DNA of 62,096 bases, counting the filler, from Chiloscyllium plagiosum (taxonomy: Eukaryota), in the NCBI RefSeq assembly GCF_004010195.1. It is 3 parts of one record of this genome, joined end to end, with 100 filler letters (N's around TTAATTAATTAA, not from the genome) between each part and the next. Parts side by side here need not be neighbours in the genome. Positions count along the whole stretch, not along the records: positions 19,505 to 42,083 come from NC_057716.1; positions 42,184 to 62,096 come from NC_057716.1; 1 more part is not named here. One strand, 5' to 3'. Under the pieces are notes generated by a model. That model ran no database searches. It saw nothing but the letters and a program-made list of their open reading frames with translations, and was not told the origin of the DNA. The translations under genes and the position numbers were made by a program. Within the stretch, counting starts at the first letter, position 1; each line of letters starts with the position of its first letter. This document shows positions 39,760 to 53,309 of this stretch, piece by piece.

Positions 39760-42083
39760 CATTTGCTTCCTGGGTGTTGGAGGTGATTTACTCAGATTCC
39801 AGGAGCAGCAATTACTGTTTTATATGCTGTTGCATTGTTTTGGAACTTTTGGGAAAAAAAGTCAAAACAACAGCAGTTTTAAAAGGGAGAAGAGCAGACA
39901 AAGGAAGCACATGGTGAGGGCCGTGCAGGAGAGAGAGAGAAAAAAAAACCTGCACAGTTACTGCCTTTGCTGTTTGAATTCATGTATCGCTGGACATTGG
40001 AGTACATTTGGGAAAATTAACAAACAGTGAAATTCACAACTAATCTTGGAGGAACTGTTGGGCGAAATTCACAGCACAGAATCAGATTAAGTTAATTGTT
40101 GTTTTAAGTCTGCCATAAAGGCTGCAGTAGTGGGTACAGTGGATTCTATCTTGATTATATGTTTTTGGAGATAAGTCTCTTGATTAAACTTAAAATATAA
40201 GCCATAGCTATTAATTTAACCTGTGCCAGTGTTTGTAGAGAAAAAAGATGGTGTTATTTTCTGGGTCTGTAGATTGTGAAGGAGAAAAAATGACCTTTAC
40301 AGTGATATGTACTACTTGTCAGATGTGGGAGTTTAAAGAGAGTTTAAGGGTTACTGCGGATTATATCTGCCATAAATGCTGTTGAATGCAAATCTTATCA
40401 GATCAAGTGGATCGGTTGGAGAGACAAATAGAAGCGATGAAGAATTTGCAACAGCAACAGTATGTGATGGATGGCAGTTATAGAAAGGGGGGAAAGTCTC
40501 AGATACAGTCATGTAGATGGGTTAACTCCAGGAAGGGTAAGAGCGATAGGCAACTAGAACAGGAGTCTTTTGTGAATATACCCATTTCAAACAGGTATGC
40601 TGTTTTGGAAAATGTAGGGGGTGATGGATTCTCAGGGGAACGTAGCACAAACAGCCAAGTTTCTGGTATTTAGACTGGCTCTAATGCAACGAGGGGTACG
40701 TCGGCTTCCAAGAGATCAATTATGTGAGGGGATTCTGTAGTCCGAGGTACAGACAGATGTTTCTTTGGCCAGCAGAGAAAAAGCAGAATGGTGTGTTGTT
40801 TCCCTGGTGCCAGGATCAAGGATGTCTCAGAGAGGGTGCAGAATGTTCTCACAGGGGAGAGGGGCCAGGAGGAGGTCATTGTCCACATTGGAACCAACGA
40901 CATTGGAAGGGAAAAGGTTGAGACTCTGAAGGGAGATTAGAGAGGTAGAAATTTAAAAAGGTCCTCAAGGGTAGTAATATCTGGATTACTCCCAGTGCTA
41001 CAAGCTAGTGAGGGAAGGAATAGGAGGATAGAGCAGATGAATGCATGGCTGAGGAGCTGGTGTATGGGAGAAGGATTCACACTTTTGGATCATTGGAATC
41101 TCTTTTGGGGTAGAAGTGATCTGTACAAGAAGGACAGATTGCACCTAAATTGGAAGGGGACTAATATACTGGCAGGGAAATTTTCTAGAACTGCTTGGGA
41201 GGATTTAAACTAGTAAGGTTGAGGGGGGGGGGGGGGGGGTGGGCGGAGGGTAGGACCCAGGGAGATAGTGAGGAAAGAGATTGATCTGAGACAGGGTACA
41301 GCTGAGAACAGACGTGAGTCAAACAGTCAAGGCAGGCAGGACTAATAAATTAAACTGCATTTATTTCAATGCAAGGGCCTAACAGGGAAGGAGAAAGTGA
41401 GGTCTGCAGATGCTGGAGATCAAAGTTGAAACTTTATTGCTGGAACAGCACAGCAGGTCAGGCAGCATCCAGGGAACAGGAGATTCGACGTTTCGGGCAC
41501 AGGCCCTTCTTCAGGAAAGGCAGATTAACTCAGGGCATGGTTAGGAACATGGGACTGGGATATCATAGCAATTACGGAAACATGGCTCAGTGGTGGGCAG
41601 GATTGGCAGCTGAATGTTCCAGGATACAAATGCTACAGGAAGGATAGAAAGGGAGGCAAAAGAGGAGAGGGAGTGGCATTTTTGATCAGGGATAGCATTA
41701 TAGCTGTGCTAAGGGAGGATATTCCTGGAAATACATCCAGGGAAGTTATTTGGATGGAACTGAGAAATGAGAAAGGGATGATCACCTTATTGGGATTGTT
41801 TTATAGACCCCCCAATAGTCAGAGGGAAATTGAGAAACAAACTTGTAAGGAGATCTCCGCTTTCTGTAAGAATAATATGGTGGTTATGGTAGGGGATTTT
41901 AACTTTCCAAACATCGACTGGGACTGCCATAAGTGTTAAGAAATTCCTCTCCATCTAAACCTTTAAGTGTGTACAAGACAATTTTCTGATTCAGTATGTG
42001 GATGTACCTACTAGAGAAGGTGCAAAACTTGACCTATTCTTGGGAAATAAGGCAGGGCAGGTGACTGAGGTGTCAGTGGGGGA
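39760..42083 (+). mobile_element. CR1 LINE 5' half (5'UTR, ORF1, APE endonuclease), decayed
   Basis: ISNRYAVL, FPGARIKDV, LHLNWKG (ORF1); FYRPP, VGDFNFPNIDW (endonuclease). Confidence 0.9.
41391..41517 (-). mobile_element. Solo PLE terminal repeat with intact hammerhead core, nested in CR1
   Basis: Minus strand ttcCTGAAGAagggcctgtgcccGAAAcgtcgaa; CR1 reading resumes after it. Confidence 0.8.
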
Positions 42084-42183
42084 NNNNNNNNNNNNNNNNN
42101 NNNNNNNNNNNNNNNNNNNNNNNNNNNTTAATTAATTAANNNNNNNNNNNNNNNNNNNNNNNNNNNNNNNNNNNNNNNNNNNN
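42084..42183. other. Scaffold join with artificial TTAATTAATTAA linker
   Basis: ttaattaattaa at 42128-42139 between N runs. Confidence 0.95.
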
Positions 42184-43970
42184 TTGTCCTTAATATATTT
42201 GTAAAAACCCTTTGGATTCTCCTTAATTCTATTTGCCAATGCTATCTCATGTCCCCTTTTTGCCCTCCTGATTTCCCTCTTAAGTATACTCCTACTTCCT
42301 CTCCCTATAGCTCAAACCTTCCAATCCTGGCAACATACTTGTAAATCTTATTTGAATCCTTTCAAGTTTCACAATGTCCTTCCTATACATGTAGACCAGA
42401 ATTGCACACAATATTCCAATAGTGACCTAATCAATGTCCTGTACAGCTGCAACATGACCTCTCATTTCCTATACTCAATGCTCTGACCAATACCAAATGC
42501 CTTCTTCACTATCCTATCTACTTGCAAGAAACTATGAACCTGCACTCCAAGGTCTCTTTGTTCAGCAATATTCCTCAGGACTTTACCATTAAGGTATAAA
42601 TCCTGCCCTTATTTACCTTTCCAAAATGCAGCATCTCATGTTTATCAATGGGGCGGCATGCTGGCTCAGTGGTTAGCACTGCTGCCTCACAGCACCAGTG
42701 TCCTAGGTTCGATTCTAGCCTTGGGCAACTGTCTGTGTGGAGTTTGCACATTCTCCCTGTGTCTGCATGGGTTTCCTCCGGGTGCTCCGGTTTCCTCCCA
42801 CAGTCCAAAGATGTGCAGGTCAGATGAATTGGCCATGCTAAATTGCCTGTAGTGTTAGGTGCATCATTCAGAGGGAAATAGGTCTGGTGGGTTACTCTTT
42901 GGAGGGTCAGTATGGACTGGTAGGGCCAAAGGGCCTGTTTCTACACTGTAGGGAATCTAATCTAATCTGATCTTAAATTCCATCTGTCACTCCTCAACCT
43001 ATTGGCCCATCTGATCAAGATCCCATTGTACCCTGAGGTAACCTTCTTCATTGTCCATTACACCTTCATTTTTGGTGTCATCTGCAAACTTGCTAACTAT
43101 ACTTTCTATGTTCACATCCAAATCATTTGTATAAAAAGATGAAAAGCAGTGGACCTAACACCAATCCTTGTGGCACACCTCTGGTCACAGGCCTCCAGTC
43201 TGAAAAGCAACTCACCCTCTGCCTTCTACCTTCAAGCCAGTTCTGTATCCAATTGGCTAGTTTTCCCTCATTCTGTGTGATCTAACTTTGCTTACCAGTC
43301 TACCACAAGGAACCTTGTTGAATGCCTTACTAAGGTCCATATAGATTACATCTACCGCTCTGCCCTCATCAATCCTCTTTGTTACTTCTTCAAAAACCTC
43401 AATCAAGTTCATGAGACATGATTTCTTCTGCACAAAGCCATGATGACTGTTTGTAATCAGTCCTTGCCTTTCCAAATGCATGTAAATCAAGCCCTCCGGA
43501 TTCCCTCCAACAACTTGCCCACCACCGATGTCAGGCTCACCAGTCTATAGTTCCCTGGCTTTTTCTTACCATCTTTCTTTAATAGGTGCACTGCATTAGC
43601 CACCCCTTAGTCTTCCAGCACCTCACCTACAACTATCGATGAAACAAATATCTCAGCAGGGGGCCCAGCAATCACTTCCTCAGCTTCCCACAGTTCTATG
43701 ATACACCTGACTAGGTCCTGGGGATTTATCCACCTTTATGCATTTTAAGACTTTCAGCACCTCCTCCTCTGTAATATGGGCATTTTCCAAGATGTGGCTA
43801 TTTATTTCCCCACGTTCTCTATTTTTCATATCCTTCTCCACAGTAAATACTGATGCAAAATACTCATTTAGTATCTCCCCCATCTCCTAGTTCCACACAT
43901 AGGTAGCCTTGCAGATCTTTATGGGGTTCTATTCTCTCCCTAGTTACCCTTTTGTCCTTAATGTATTTCT
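42184..43970 (-). mobile_element. CR1 LINE ORF2 (RT) fragment
   Basis: LNEYFASVFT, KSPGP, HGFVQKKSCLMNL, VDVIYMDLSKAFNKVP. Confidence 0.9.
42650..42970 (+). mobile_element. HE1-type SINE nested in CR1
   Basis: tRNA-like head (tggctcagtgg, ggttcgattc) and (AATCT)n tail. Confidence 0.88.
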
Positions 43971-43979
43971 AAACCACCA

Positions 43980-45700
43980 ACACTGCCACTTCATGTGCCT
44001 GAATGTTTTTTTTCTTCTCTTTCACCCTCACAGGTTTCCTTTTTACCCTATGGTAAACCATCTTTACTATCTTCAATTAGATCTCCTTTTCCGTAACCAC
44101 CTGAGGATTTCTCTTTTCCCCAATTTATTTCGCTTGCAGATTGAAATTGATGTTGGAAGCCAAACTTTGATTTAGGAATCAACTCATCATCATTTGACAT
44201 TTCCACTGCTAATCTTGCAGTCTTAACTCTTCCACATCAACTCTCACTTCTTCAAGAAGTGAATTTTTGATCTCCTCCAAAATAATTGTCACTCTAAGAG
44301 CGTCAAATTTTCAACTATTTTCAATGTATTTGTCCACCTGTCAAAATTAGTTTGTTTGATCATTTCAAACTCTATGTACATCTGGCCAGGTTCCCTCCTG
44401 AGATTCTTAAAACATTTTTAGATTAGATTACATTACATTACAGTGTGGAAACAGGCCCTTCGGCCCAACAAGTCCACACCGACCCGCCGAAGCGCAACCC
44501 ACCCAGACCCCTACATTTACCCCTTACTAACACTACGGGCAATTTAGCATGGCAAGTTCACCTGCACCTGCACATCTTTGGAAGGAAACCGGAGCACCCG
44601 GAGGAAACCCACGCAGACACGGGGAGAACGTGCAAACTCCACACAGTCAGTCGCCTGAGGCAGGAATTGAACCCGGGTCTCCGGCGCTGTGAGGCAGCAG
44701 TGCCGCCCACCGTGCCGCCCACTACGTTGTCTGTAGTCTTCTGGTATTAGTTCAAATGAGCTTAAGTTGGCTTTTTTCACCTCATCATTCTCCCCAGATA
44801 CTTCCTCTGATGGTGATGCAAATAGCTCACTAGCTCAACCTACCAACTTTATTAGGATCAACAATGCCTACATGGACACAGGCTAATTTATTTGGTTAGT
44901 AACTTTCACAAATGAAACGGAAAAGTCTTTTACATCCTTTTCATTGAACTTGGACATATGTAAATAGATCCCCACCAGGCCTTTGGCTATGATGGGATTG
45001 CTCTCCATCACTGTCCTGATCACTACTCTGACCTTTCACTTCTACCTCCTATCTTTTAAGACAACTTTGAGTTTTCAGTTCCAATCTCTGAAGTTCAAAA
45101 CTTCCTTTCTTCCTTTCTTCTGCTGGGGCCGCCTTGTCCTTTCTTTTTCCTTTGCTAGAGCTGTTCTCTCTTTCTGGTTTTCTTCTGCTTTCAATCATAA
45201 TAAAACTGTTTTATTTCCTTTTCATGTTCAACCAGTTTCATTTGCAATGGAATGTTAGCCATTTCCAAAAATTCTGATTGCATTTCTGGCAATTGTAAAT
45301 TTTGAGCTATTGCTGCCAATATCTCTCCTTTTCGCACAGGCAAAGCCCACCTCAACTCCAACTTCAGCTTGTCTACGGATAATAAAAGCTTTGCCTTGCT
45401 CACTTTCTGTAAAGCTCCCTTCCGCCCCCAGGAAACTGAGTGACTGAAAGAGCCATTACTACATAAGGCAAAACCAAAGACAACTCCCAGATAGAGAACA
45501 CAAACTCTCACCACTCACTGTCTTTGAGTTGAATAACTCATACTCAACATGGAATTAGAGATCTGATTCCAATAATAGCTCCCAATTTGTTATGGATCAA
45601 ACCAATAATCCCACCCACCCACCAAATATATTAAGAAGATAGCCTAGACCCCAACTTTGTCTTATTTTTAAAGGCATGTAAAGGATATTTTTAGAGGATA
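43980..45700 (-). mobile_element. Gypsy-type LTR retrotransposon remnant (LTR end, PBS, gag)
   Basis: Minus strand ...ataACA aat TGGgagc at ~45590, then decayed gag-like frames (LQKVSKAKLL...IAQNLQL; SFVKV...LVG-ASELFAS). Confidence 0.6.
44419..44721 (-). mobile_element. HE1-type SINE
   Basis: RKPEHPEETHADTGR pseudo-translation typical of this SINE; TAGAT tail. Confidence 0.88.
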
Positions 45701-45839
45701 TAAGAAGATAAAACTAAAATCTGGAATAAGCAAAATGACACATCTATTGTGCACTGATATTTAATACAATCAGGTCTAAACTTCTGCATTAACTTTACTT
45801 TCCTGCTTCACCCATCATATTCACTTTGGGAAGAAGTAT

Positions 45840-46810
45840 AAAATAGGGTATTACCAAAATGGAGAATGACAGCAGAGGTGCAGAAATGTCCAGGTGTTCT
45901 AAAGCACAAGTCACAAAATTGAATATGGATATACATCGTATAATCAAGGTGGTTAATTGGATGATTAGCGTTATTTCAATAGGAATTGAACATAAAAGTA
46001 AGGATATTACATTCCAGTTGGAAAGGCATTTGTGATACCACATCTTGAATATTGTGTGCAATTTGGTCTCCTTATTTAAGGAAATGTGTAAGTATGTTGG
46101 AGATGATTCCAAGAGAGTACCTAGAGCTGTTAGCACTGCTGCCTAGGTTCGAATCCAGTCTTGGGTGACTGTCCGTGTGAAGTTAGCACATTCTTTCCAT
46201 GTCTGCATGGGTTTCTGTCAGGTGTTGTAGCTTCCCCCCCACACGCCCAAAGTCCAAAGATGTAGTTTAAATGGATTGTCATGGTAAATTGTCCATAGTG
46301 TCCAGGAATATGAGGCTAGCTGGATTAGCCATTGTAAATGCAGGCTCACAGGGATATGGTGGGGCGCTGAGTTTTGGTTTGGGTGGGATACTCTTGAGGG
46401 CTGGTACAGACTTGATGAGCTGAACAGCTTCTTTCTGCACAAAAGGAGTTCTATAATGAGTGAGTTTTAGCATGAGTATAGAATGCACAGACTGAGAATG
46501 TTTTCACTGGAGATTGGAAGAATGAGGGATGACTTGATTGAAATGTATTAGTCCTGAATGGTCTGGACAAGTTGGATGTGGATATGATGTTGACTCTCGA
46601 TGATGTCCAGAACTAGGGGTCATTTTAAAATTAGAGATACCCTTTAAGGACAGAGATCAGGATAACATTTTTTTCTGAGGATTGTGCAAATTTAAAACTC
46701 TGCCTCAGAATACAATGGAGGTGAGATAATTGAAAATTTTTAAGGTGTGGTAGGCAATTTATTTTTCTTAGATGAGGGAGGCCAAGATTGTCAGGAGTAG
46801 ATGCTCCCCC
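45840..46810 (+). mobile_element. CR1 3' fragment with nested HE1-type SINE (~46128-46455)
   Basis: CR1 C-terminal motifs on both sides of the SINE head/body. Confidence 0.7.
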
Positions 46811-47159
46811 AAGATCGTGAATCTTATTTTGTCAAGTTTTATTTGGCAATGCTTCTCTGAAGCAATTTGTAACATTTCATTGCATTAAAAGAACAATGTG
46901 AATGCACAATATTGTTCTTGTTATTCAATGATTCTATGATTCTATGTTGTTGTTTATAGATATTTCCTTTTCTTTCCAAAATCTTTTGCACACACATCAT
47001 TGTATGTTTTACTTTGATGTGTGGCACATAATATCTATGTGTACATTGTGATTTATGTTGTAATGTGCTGAAAGTCATTTGCTTATGGTGCAAAAGTATT
47101 TCGGTGTTTATGTAGCCACTAGTTTAGTCTTTAGTACCTGATACATAATGCATTACCAC

Positions 47160-47672
47160 TCAGAATGAGGTAATTTAGCAAAGCATCAGGCAAGCATTTT
47201 TAATTCTAGATCTTATTAAATTCAAACATCACCATCTGTCATGGTGGAATTCAAACCCATACCTCCAGAATTAACTGGAGTCTCTGGAGAGACCCAGTTA
47301 ATGTTACAAGGGCATCACTGGTTCAGCGAGCATTTGCTGCCCATCCCTAATTGCCCAGACGGCAGTTAATAGTCAATCACATTGCTGTAGGCCTGGAGTT
47401 GCACGGAGGCCAGACCAGATAAGGATGGCAGTTCCCCAGTTCCCCAGTCAGATGTGAATCAGATGGGTTTTTTATTTACAGAATGGTTTCATGATCACAT
47501 CATTAGACACTTAATTCCAGATTCTTTTTTATTCACATTCTGCTGGGATAGGATTTGAACGCAGGTCCCTAGAACATTACCTGGGATTCTGGAGTAACAA
47601 TCCAGTGATAATACCACTAGGCCATCACCTCCCCTAAATTCCCAGTTGAGCGAATTTACCACTATGCCACAT
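47160..47672 (-). mobile_element. Nested Deu-domain-like SINE copies
   Basis: ggatttgaacgcagg B-box-like sequence and ataccactaggccatcacctccc head on minus. Confidence 0.55.
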
Positions 47673-48068
47673 TAAGCCTCCCCTTAATTACTCTAATTTT
47701 AAAATAAAACAGGATGCTTATGAGATAAAGTTAAGATTAATTCACACAAATTCTTCATCTAAAAAATCTTAATATTGTTATGCAGCTATAATCTTGCTGA
47801 AATTATCATTTGATCAGTTAGGAACTATAATAAGGCAATACAATGTGATGTCAAGTGACCTAAGATGAGAGAATATATATATTTGACCAGGAATGAAAGT
47901 TTATCTTTAAGTGCTATTTTAAAAGCATTTCGTTTCTGAAGACTGCATGTTTGATTTTCGAGCATATACCATTCTTGTTGCTTATTCTTACTACATTCAA
48001 TATTCAGAGTTGAATAAACATAATTTGCCACTATGTAAACAAACAGAAATTGTTGTCTTGTTGCACAG

Positions 48069-48210
48069 GTTGGCACTGCCAGGTATATGGCACCTGAAGT
48101 CCTAGAATCTCGTGTAAACCTGGAAGATCTCGAGTCATTTAAACAGATGGATATATACTCAATGGCCCTGGTTCTATGGGAAATGGCTTCTCGATGTGAG
48201 GTCATTGGAG
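48069..48210 (+). CDS. TGFBR2: TGF-beta receptor type-2-like kinase exon (142 bp)
   Basis: cag|GTT...GGAG|gtaag; [47 protein letters not shown]; matches TGFBR2 kinase subdomains VIII-IX. Could be the TGFBR2-like paralogue. Confidence 0.92.
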
Positions 48211-48329
48211 GTAAGATCAACATCAGATCATCAAATATTTAGTTTTTAAATGATACAGAGAAAATTCTATTGCTACCTAAACTAATAAAAACATATAATT
48301 CTTAGAAAAATGTTCTGAAGTATAGAACA

Positions 48330-48622
48330 GGTTGAGGAAGTCCAAAACTAGAGGGGAATGATTTATAAGGGATGTAAAGGGCAACTTTTCCATACAGAGA
48401 GTGGCGCATGTATGGAATGAACGTCCAGAAAAAGTGGTGGAGGCTGGTACAATTACAACATTTCAAAGGCATCTGGATGGGTATATGAATAGGAATGGTT
48501 TAGAGAGATTTGGGCCAAATCCTGGCAAATGGGATTAGATTTATCTAGGATATCAGACCAACATGAATGAGTTAGACGAAAGGGTCTGTATCTGTACTAT
48601 ATATCTCTATGACTCTATGACT
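48330..48622 (+). mobile_element. CR1 (HER1-like) 3' end
   Basis: Terminal ctctatgactctatgact repeats. Confidence 0.8.
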
Positions 48623-50732
48623 CTTTATTACTATGAATATTTGTTCTACTGGCTTTTTATTGTAAGTTCTCCTGAGACAGCTATCGTATTGCCCCCTGTA
48701 TCTCTTATCATTTCATGAAAGAGGATTCCAGTTGTGTTACAGCAATATCTTTTCACGTGTCTATCTCATTGTTATCCTTTCTGAACTTGCATTTATCTCA
48801 ACTGTGACTTTTTTATTTGGTTAACATTTACAAATCTGCTCTGTTACAAATTACACTAAAGAAGCTCAAATCCTGTCACAATGGAGACCAAGCAAGATAT
48901 ATTTAATTTGCTTCACAATAACTGCAACAAGAAAGTAAGAGCCATACAGCTAGTTTTGTTGTCTTAGACGTTCCCACACAACTGTAGGCAGCTGCTTTTC
49001 CATTGCAGACATATTCCCAGGAGAAGTCAATTCTGTTTCTGATTGTTTCATCAAGTAAGTTAAAATAAGCAAAGGTCAAATGTTCCACTTTTTTTAATCT
49101 TTCCTTGATTGGAAACAGGACTTTATTGAGTACCTACTGAGAACAAAGTGATGTGACTAAACCTCTCCAAATCACAAGGACTAAAATTGGTCTTGGTCAT
49201 AGCACAATGTGGGTGATAACCAATCAAAATTTGGTCCTACACCTTGATTTTTATTTTCCCCAACTTTGACTTCCTTGCTTAGCCAGTTAATTTTCATTAC
49301 AGTATGGGGTGATGATAATGTGGATGGATCTGTAAATATCCAGGAGATCGGTTGACAATTTTGAACTTTAATTCAGCACTTGGCAAGGCAGAGGTCTGAA
49401 TGTAATGGATTAGCATTTCTTTCTTCCTGTTACCCTCTAATTTTTCATCTTTCTTATTTCATTACGTCATCTTAGCCGTATGCTTTAGTCAAATTTAAGA
49501 TTTTCCATTCCCTCATCAAGATGTTCCTTTATACCATATAATGGGTTTCCTATTGTATGCTATTTAACTTGTTAACATCCTGAGATTGAGGTTTTTATTT
49601 ATTTTCCAAAAATCAATGGAAAATAAAATCAGGTGGGACATACAATGGGTGGCTAATCTGCTACCACAAATTTCCACCTCAAATAAGTAAAAATGCTACT
49701 CCACTTCTTACAAACTGTTCTGACAAACACTGCTGTTCTCATTCCAGGAAAGACTGAAAGGAAATAACCCACAGAAAAAGTTGGATCGTAAAGAACAAGT
49801 AGCTTTGATTGATTAGATTTCCAATTAAATATTCCTATCCTACTGCAGCCAAATTTGAGACAGTTTTCAAACAATATTAATCAGTTCTTTCCTTAAGTAG
49901 TAAGTGATGATGCAGGTCATTGTGGTATACGCATGCTTTGTCAACACGCATCGGCTATTAACGCAATTGATGAGTTGTGAATGCTGTTTGGATAACACAA
50001 AATTTCTATTGAAAGAGTAAAGCAATTTTTTATTGCATTCTTCTACAGTGTAATTTTCAATTGTAGTTTTCCACAGCACGATTTTCTACGGTGCAAGGTT
50101 GCAGAGGAACCCAACTGTTGCATTATACTAGAAAGGCCTGTGTAGTTAATGTTAATTTAAGTATTATTAACATGGAATCTTATTATGCAAATACCAATGT
50201 TGCAACATGTGACTAGTCCTTTTATTTATTCCATATCCAGAAGTGTTATCACACATTACAGAATGATGTTCGCCACACCAAATTCCCGTGAATTTTTGTG
50301 AATACTATTAACTGCTGGTTAGTTCCCTTTTTTTATACCCAGAAGTGTTATCACACACAGCTGAGGGACCTTCCCACCACCAAAACCACTGTGATTTATT
50401 TTTGTTTTTTTTTAACCTGTATCGTCAATTCAATATTTACAAGCAAAGTCCATTATCGACAATGCAAACCATCAAAAGTGGAAGTGGATCAGGGACTAAA
50501 TCAACATGGAATTGGATGGAGAAATAAGGCACTGTATCTCCTGCAGTATTCACTACTCTCTAAAGGCATCAAAAGCACTACATGCTTCTTTGCTAATGAC
50601 TCCCAAGTAGTAACTAGCCCCTTTTTAAAAATATCTACCCTGAAGTGATATCTCACACAACTGAGCATCCTTTCCTCCACCAAAATCACCATAACCATGT
50701 CTTTTAGCTAGTCATTATTTAGTTAACATATG

Positions 50733-50847
50733 TTATTTTTCTAATCAACTTGTTGATAGATGTTATTACACACCTCTGAAGCAGGTGGGAGTTGAACCCA
50801 GGCCTCTCAGTGCAGGGCTGAGCACTACCATTGCACCACAAGAGGGC
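50733..50847 (-). mobile_element. tRNA-headed short SINE
   Basis: Minus strand A-box-like tggtgcaatgg and B-box ggttcaactcc; body matches 33715-33800 (+). Confidence 0.65.
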
Positions 50848-50849
50848 AT

Positions 50850-50969
50850 GCTTTCCTGCAGCTAGTAATCCCAGGTGATCTCCCATCCAAGTACTAACTT
50901 GGCCTGAGTTTGCTAAGCTTCTGAGACCAAATGAGAGCAGACTCATTCAGACTGGTGTGACCATATTGC
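50850..50969 (-). pseudogene. 5S rRNA-derived sequence (pseudogene or SINE head)
   Basis: Minus strand atggtcacaccagtctgaatg...tctcagaagcttagca...ttagtacttggatgggagatcacctgggattac aligns end to end with vertebrate 5S, with many substitutions. Confidence 0.85.
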
Positions 50970-51459
50970 TCTGCCAATGTATTGGATCCAGCTGGATCCC
51001 ATTGTCATGCCAAGTTATTTATACCTAACTACAAATGAATGGGAGGTGCTGCAGCTCTTTGGTGACATCTCTAGGCAATATAATGTTAGAACAGCATAGT
51101 AACGTAAAGCTGTATTTCTTGTGCAAAATGGTATATAAGTAATAAACACAATTATTAGCCACTATGATTTCTCATTGTATTAAACTATATTTAACTTCTT
51201 TCATACTTAAATATAAAGTTAGCTCGAGTTTTTGAAAATTATAATTTGTAATTTAGTTTTTTGATTCTGATACCTAATTTATGTCTATGGGAAATTCTAC
51301 ACCATTTAAAATTCTACATTATATACAATTACATTGCTCAAGGATCATCATCAGAACTGTTTTGCTTACTAAACATTTTATTTTGTATATTTCCTAAATG
51401 TTCATGGATAGAAACACACCAAAAAATGAGGATACGATGAATCTGCTCCAGCCATAAAA

Positions 51460-52590
51460 TGTAAGAGCAAAAGATCATTCAGTCCATTGTATCTGCTCTA
51501 CTATTCGATGAGATCATGACTGATCAAATAATCCTCAACTCCATTTCCCTATCTTATTTCAGAGCCTTACTTATTTAAAAACTCCATTTCAGCCTCGTAT
51601 ATACTTAATGGCCCAGCTTTAATAGCCCTCTACTTTAAAGAATTCCACAGGTTCACCAGACTCAGAGAAGAAATGCCTCCTCACCTCTGCTTTAGAGGTG
51701 TGACCCCTTATGCTGAGATTATGCCTTCTGATCCTAGACTCTCCATGTGGGGAAACCATCTTTCCACATCTACCCTGTGAAGTCCTCTAAGAAACTTGCA
51801 TGTTTCAATAAGGTCGCCTTTCATTTCTTCTTTATTCTAACAAATACAGACCCACTCTATTCAACCTTTTTTCAGAAGGCAATCCTTCCAAAACTTGTGT
51901 CAGCCAAGTGAATTTTCCTTGGACTGTCTCCAATGTGACTATATCTTTCCTTACATTAGGGCCCAAAACTGTCCACAGTATTTCAGCTGTGGTCTGACTG
52001 ATGCCTTTTATAGTTTTAGCAAATATCCCTACTTTTATACTCCATCTCCTTTGAAAGAAAGGCCAACATTCCATTTGCCTGTCCTATTACTATTACTTGC
52101 TGAACTTGGATTCTAGCTTTTAGTGATTCATGGATGAGGACTTCTAAATCTGTTTTCTCCATATCTTTCAGCAGTCTTTCTCCATTTAAGTACTATTCGG
52201 TGCCTTTATTCTTCCTGCTAAAGTGCACAACCTCACATTTCCCTACGTTATACTTCAACTACCAAGTTTTTGTCAATTCACTTAAGCTGTCTGTATCCCT
52301 CTGCAGACTGTATGTGTCATTCTTATCAATTGCCTTCTCATCTATTTCATGTCGTGGGCAAACTTGGCAATAGTACATACATTCAAGATATTAATATATA
52401 GTAAATCATTGTGGCCCAACACTGATCCCTATGACACCACTAGTTAAAAGATTCCATCCAGGAAATATCGGGAAGAGCTTAAACCTGTCTTCTTTAGATA
52501 GCCAATCCTTTAACCATGCTAACATATTGCCCTGGCACCATGGGCTCTTATTAAGTAGCCTAATATGCAGTAGCTTATCAAAAGACATCA
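51460..52590 (-). mobile_element. CR1 LINE 3' part, decayed
   Basis: SFDKLLHIRLL, LETVQGKFT and CR1 tail. Confidence 0.8.
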
Positions 52591-53309
52591 CATTTTACTA
52601 AATATTTTAGAAAATACTGTATCCATCAAAAGCCCAGCAGTAGTAAATTTATTACTAGCTAAGCAATAAACAATGGGAGATTAATCATTATGGTAGGAGA
52701 TGGATTCACAGATGCTTGGGCAAATGGCTATTATTTATAATAATTAATCGTGAGTGATGGATGTTGAAGGTTGTGGTATCATAGTCCTACTTAATAGGTT
52801 CTCAATAAAGTTATGGCAAAAGATAATTTAAAATTTTACAAACATTGACTACAGTATATCTGGCCAGATTTGGAAGAACAACCATTTTAGAACGCGAGCC
52901 AAAATCCTTCGTCTGCAATCTTATTAATGTTCAGAATCAACAATGAACTCATTTTCCACTGGACAGTTTTATTTTTCTAGAAGCTTTAGTAACAACAGAC
53001 TCAATCTGTTCCTTATTTTCCACACTTCTTTAAGAGCTGACAACTATTGATCTTTCAAATTTCCAGATGTCCATCCTCCCAAGCTAATACTTTCGCAAAT
53101 AGCAAGCAACTTATGTTTAAAATTAACCAGCAATGCAGAAAACAAAAAAAAAGCCACTAGCCTTGTATTTCAGAATGATCATAATGCAATTTAATTTGTA
53201 CAAACTTGTTGAACAATCAAATGTTGATGTCTTCCCTTAACTCACCCACACTTAGCCCTCAAAATGAAGGCTCCCTTGCACAATGCATCACATGATAAAG
53301 GAAAAAGAA

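Noticed and set aside
42650..42725. tRNA gene
   Set aside because: A/B boxes belong to an HE1-type SINE head.
47825..48223. 132-aa minus-strand ORF
   Set aside because: Antisense shadow of the TGFBR2-like exon.
50850..50969. Functional 5S rRNA gene
   Set aside because: Too many substitutions, no oligo-T terminator, not in a tandem array.
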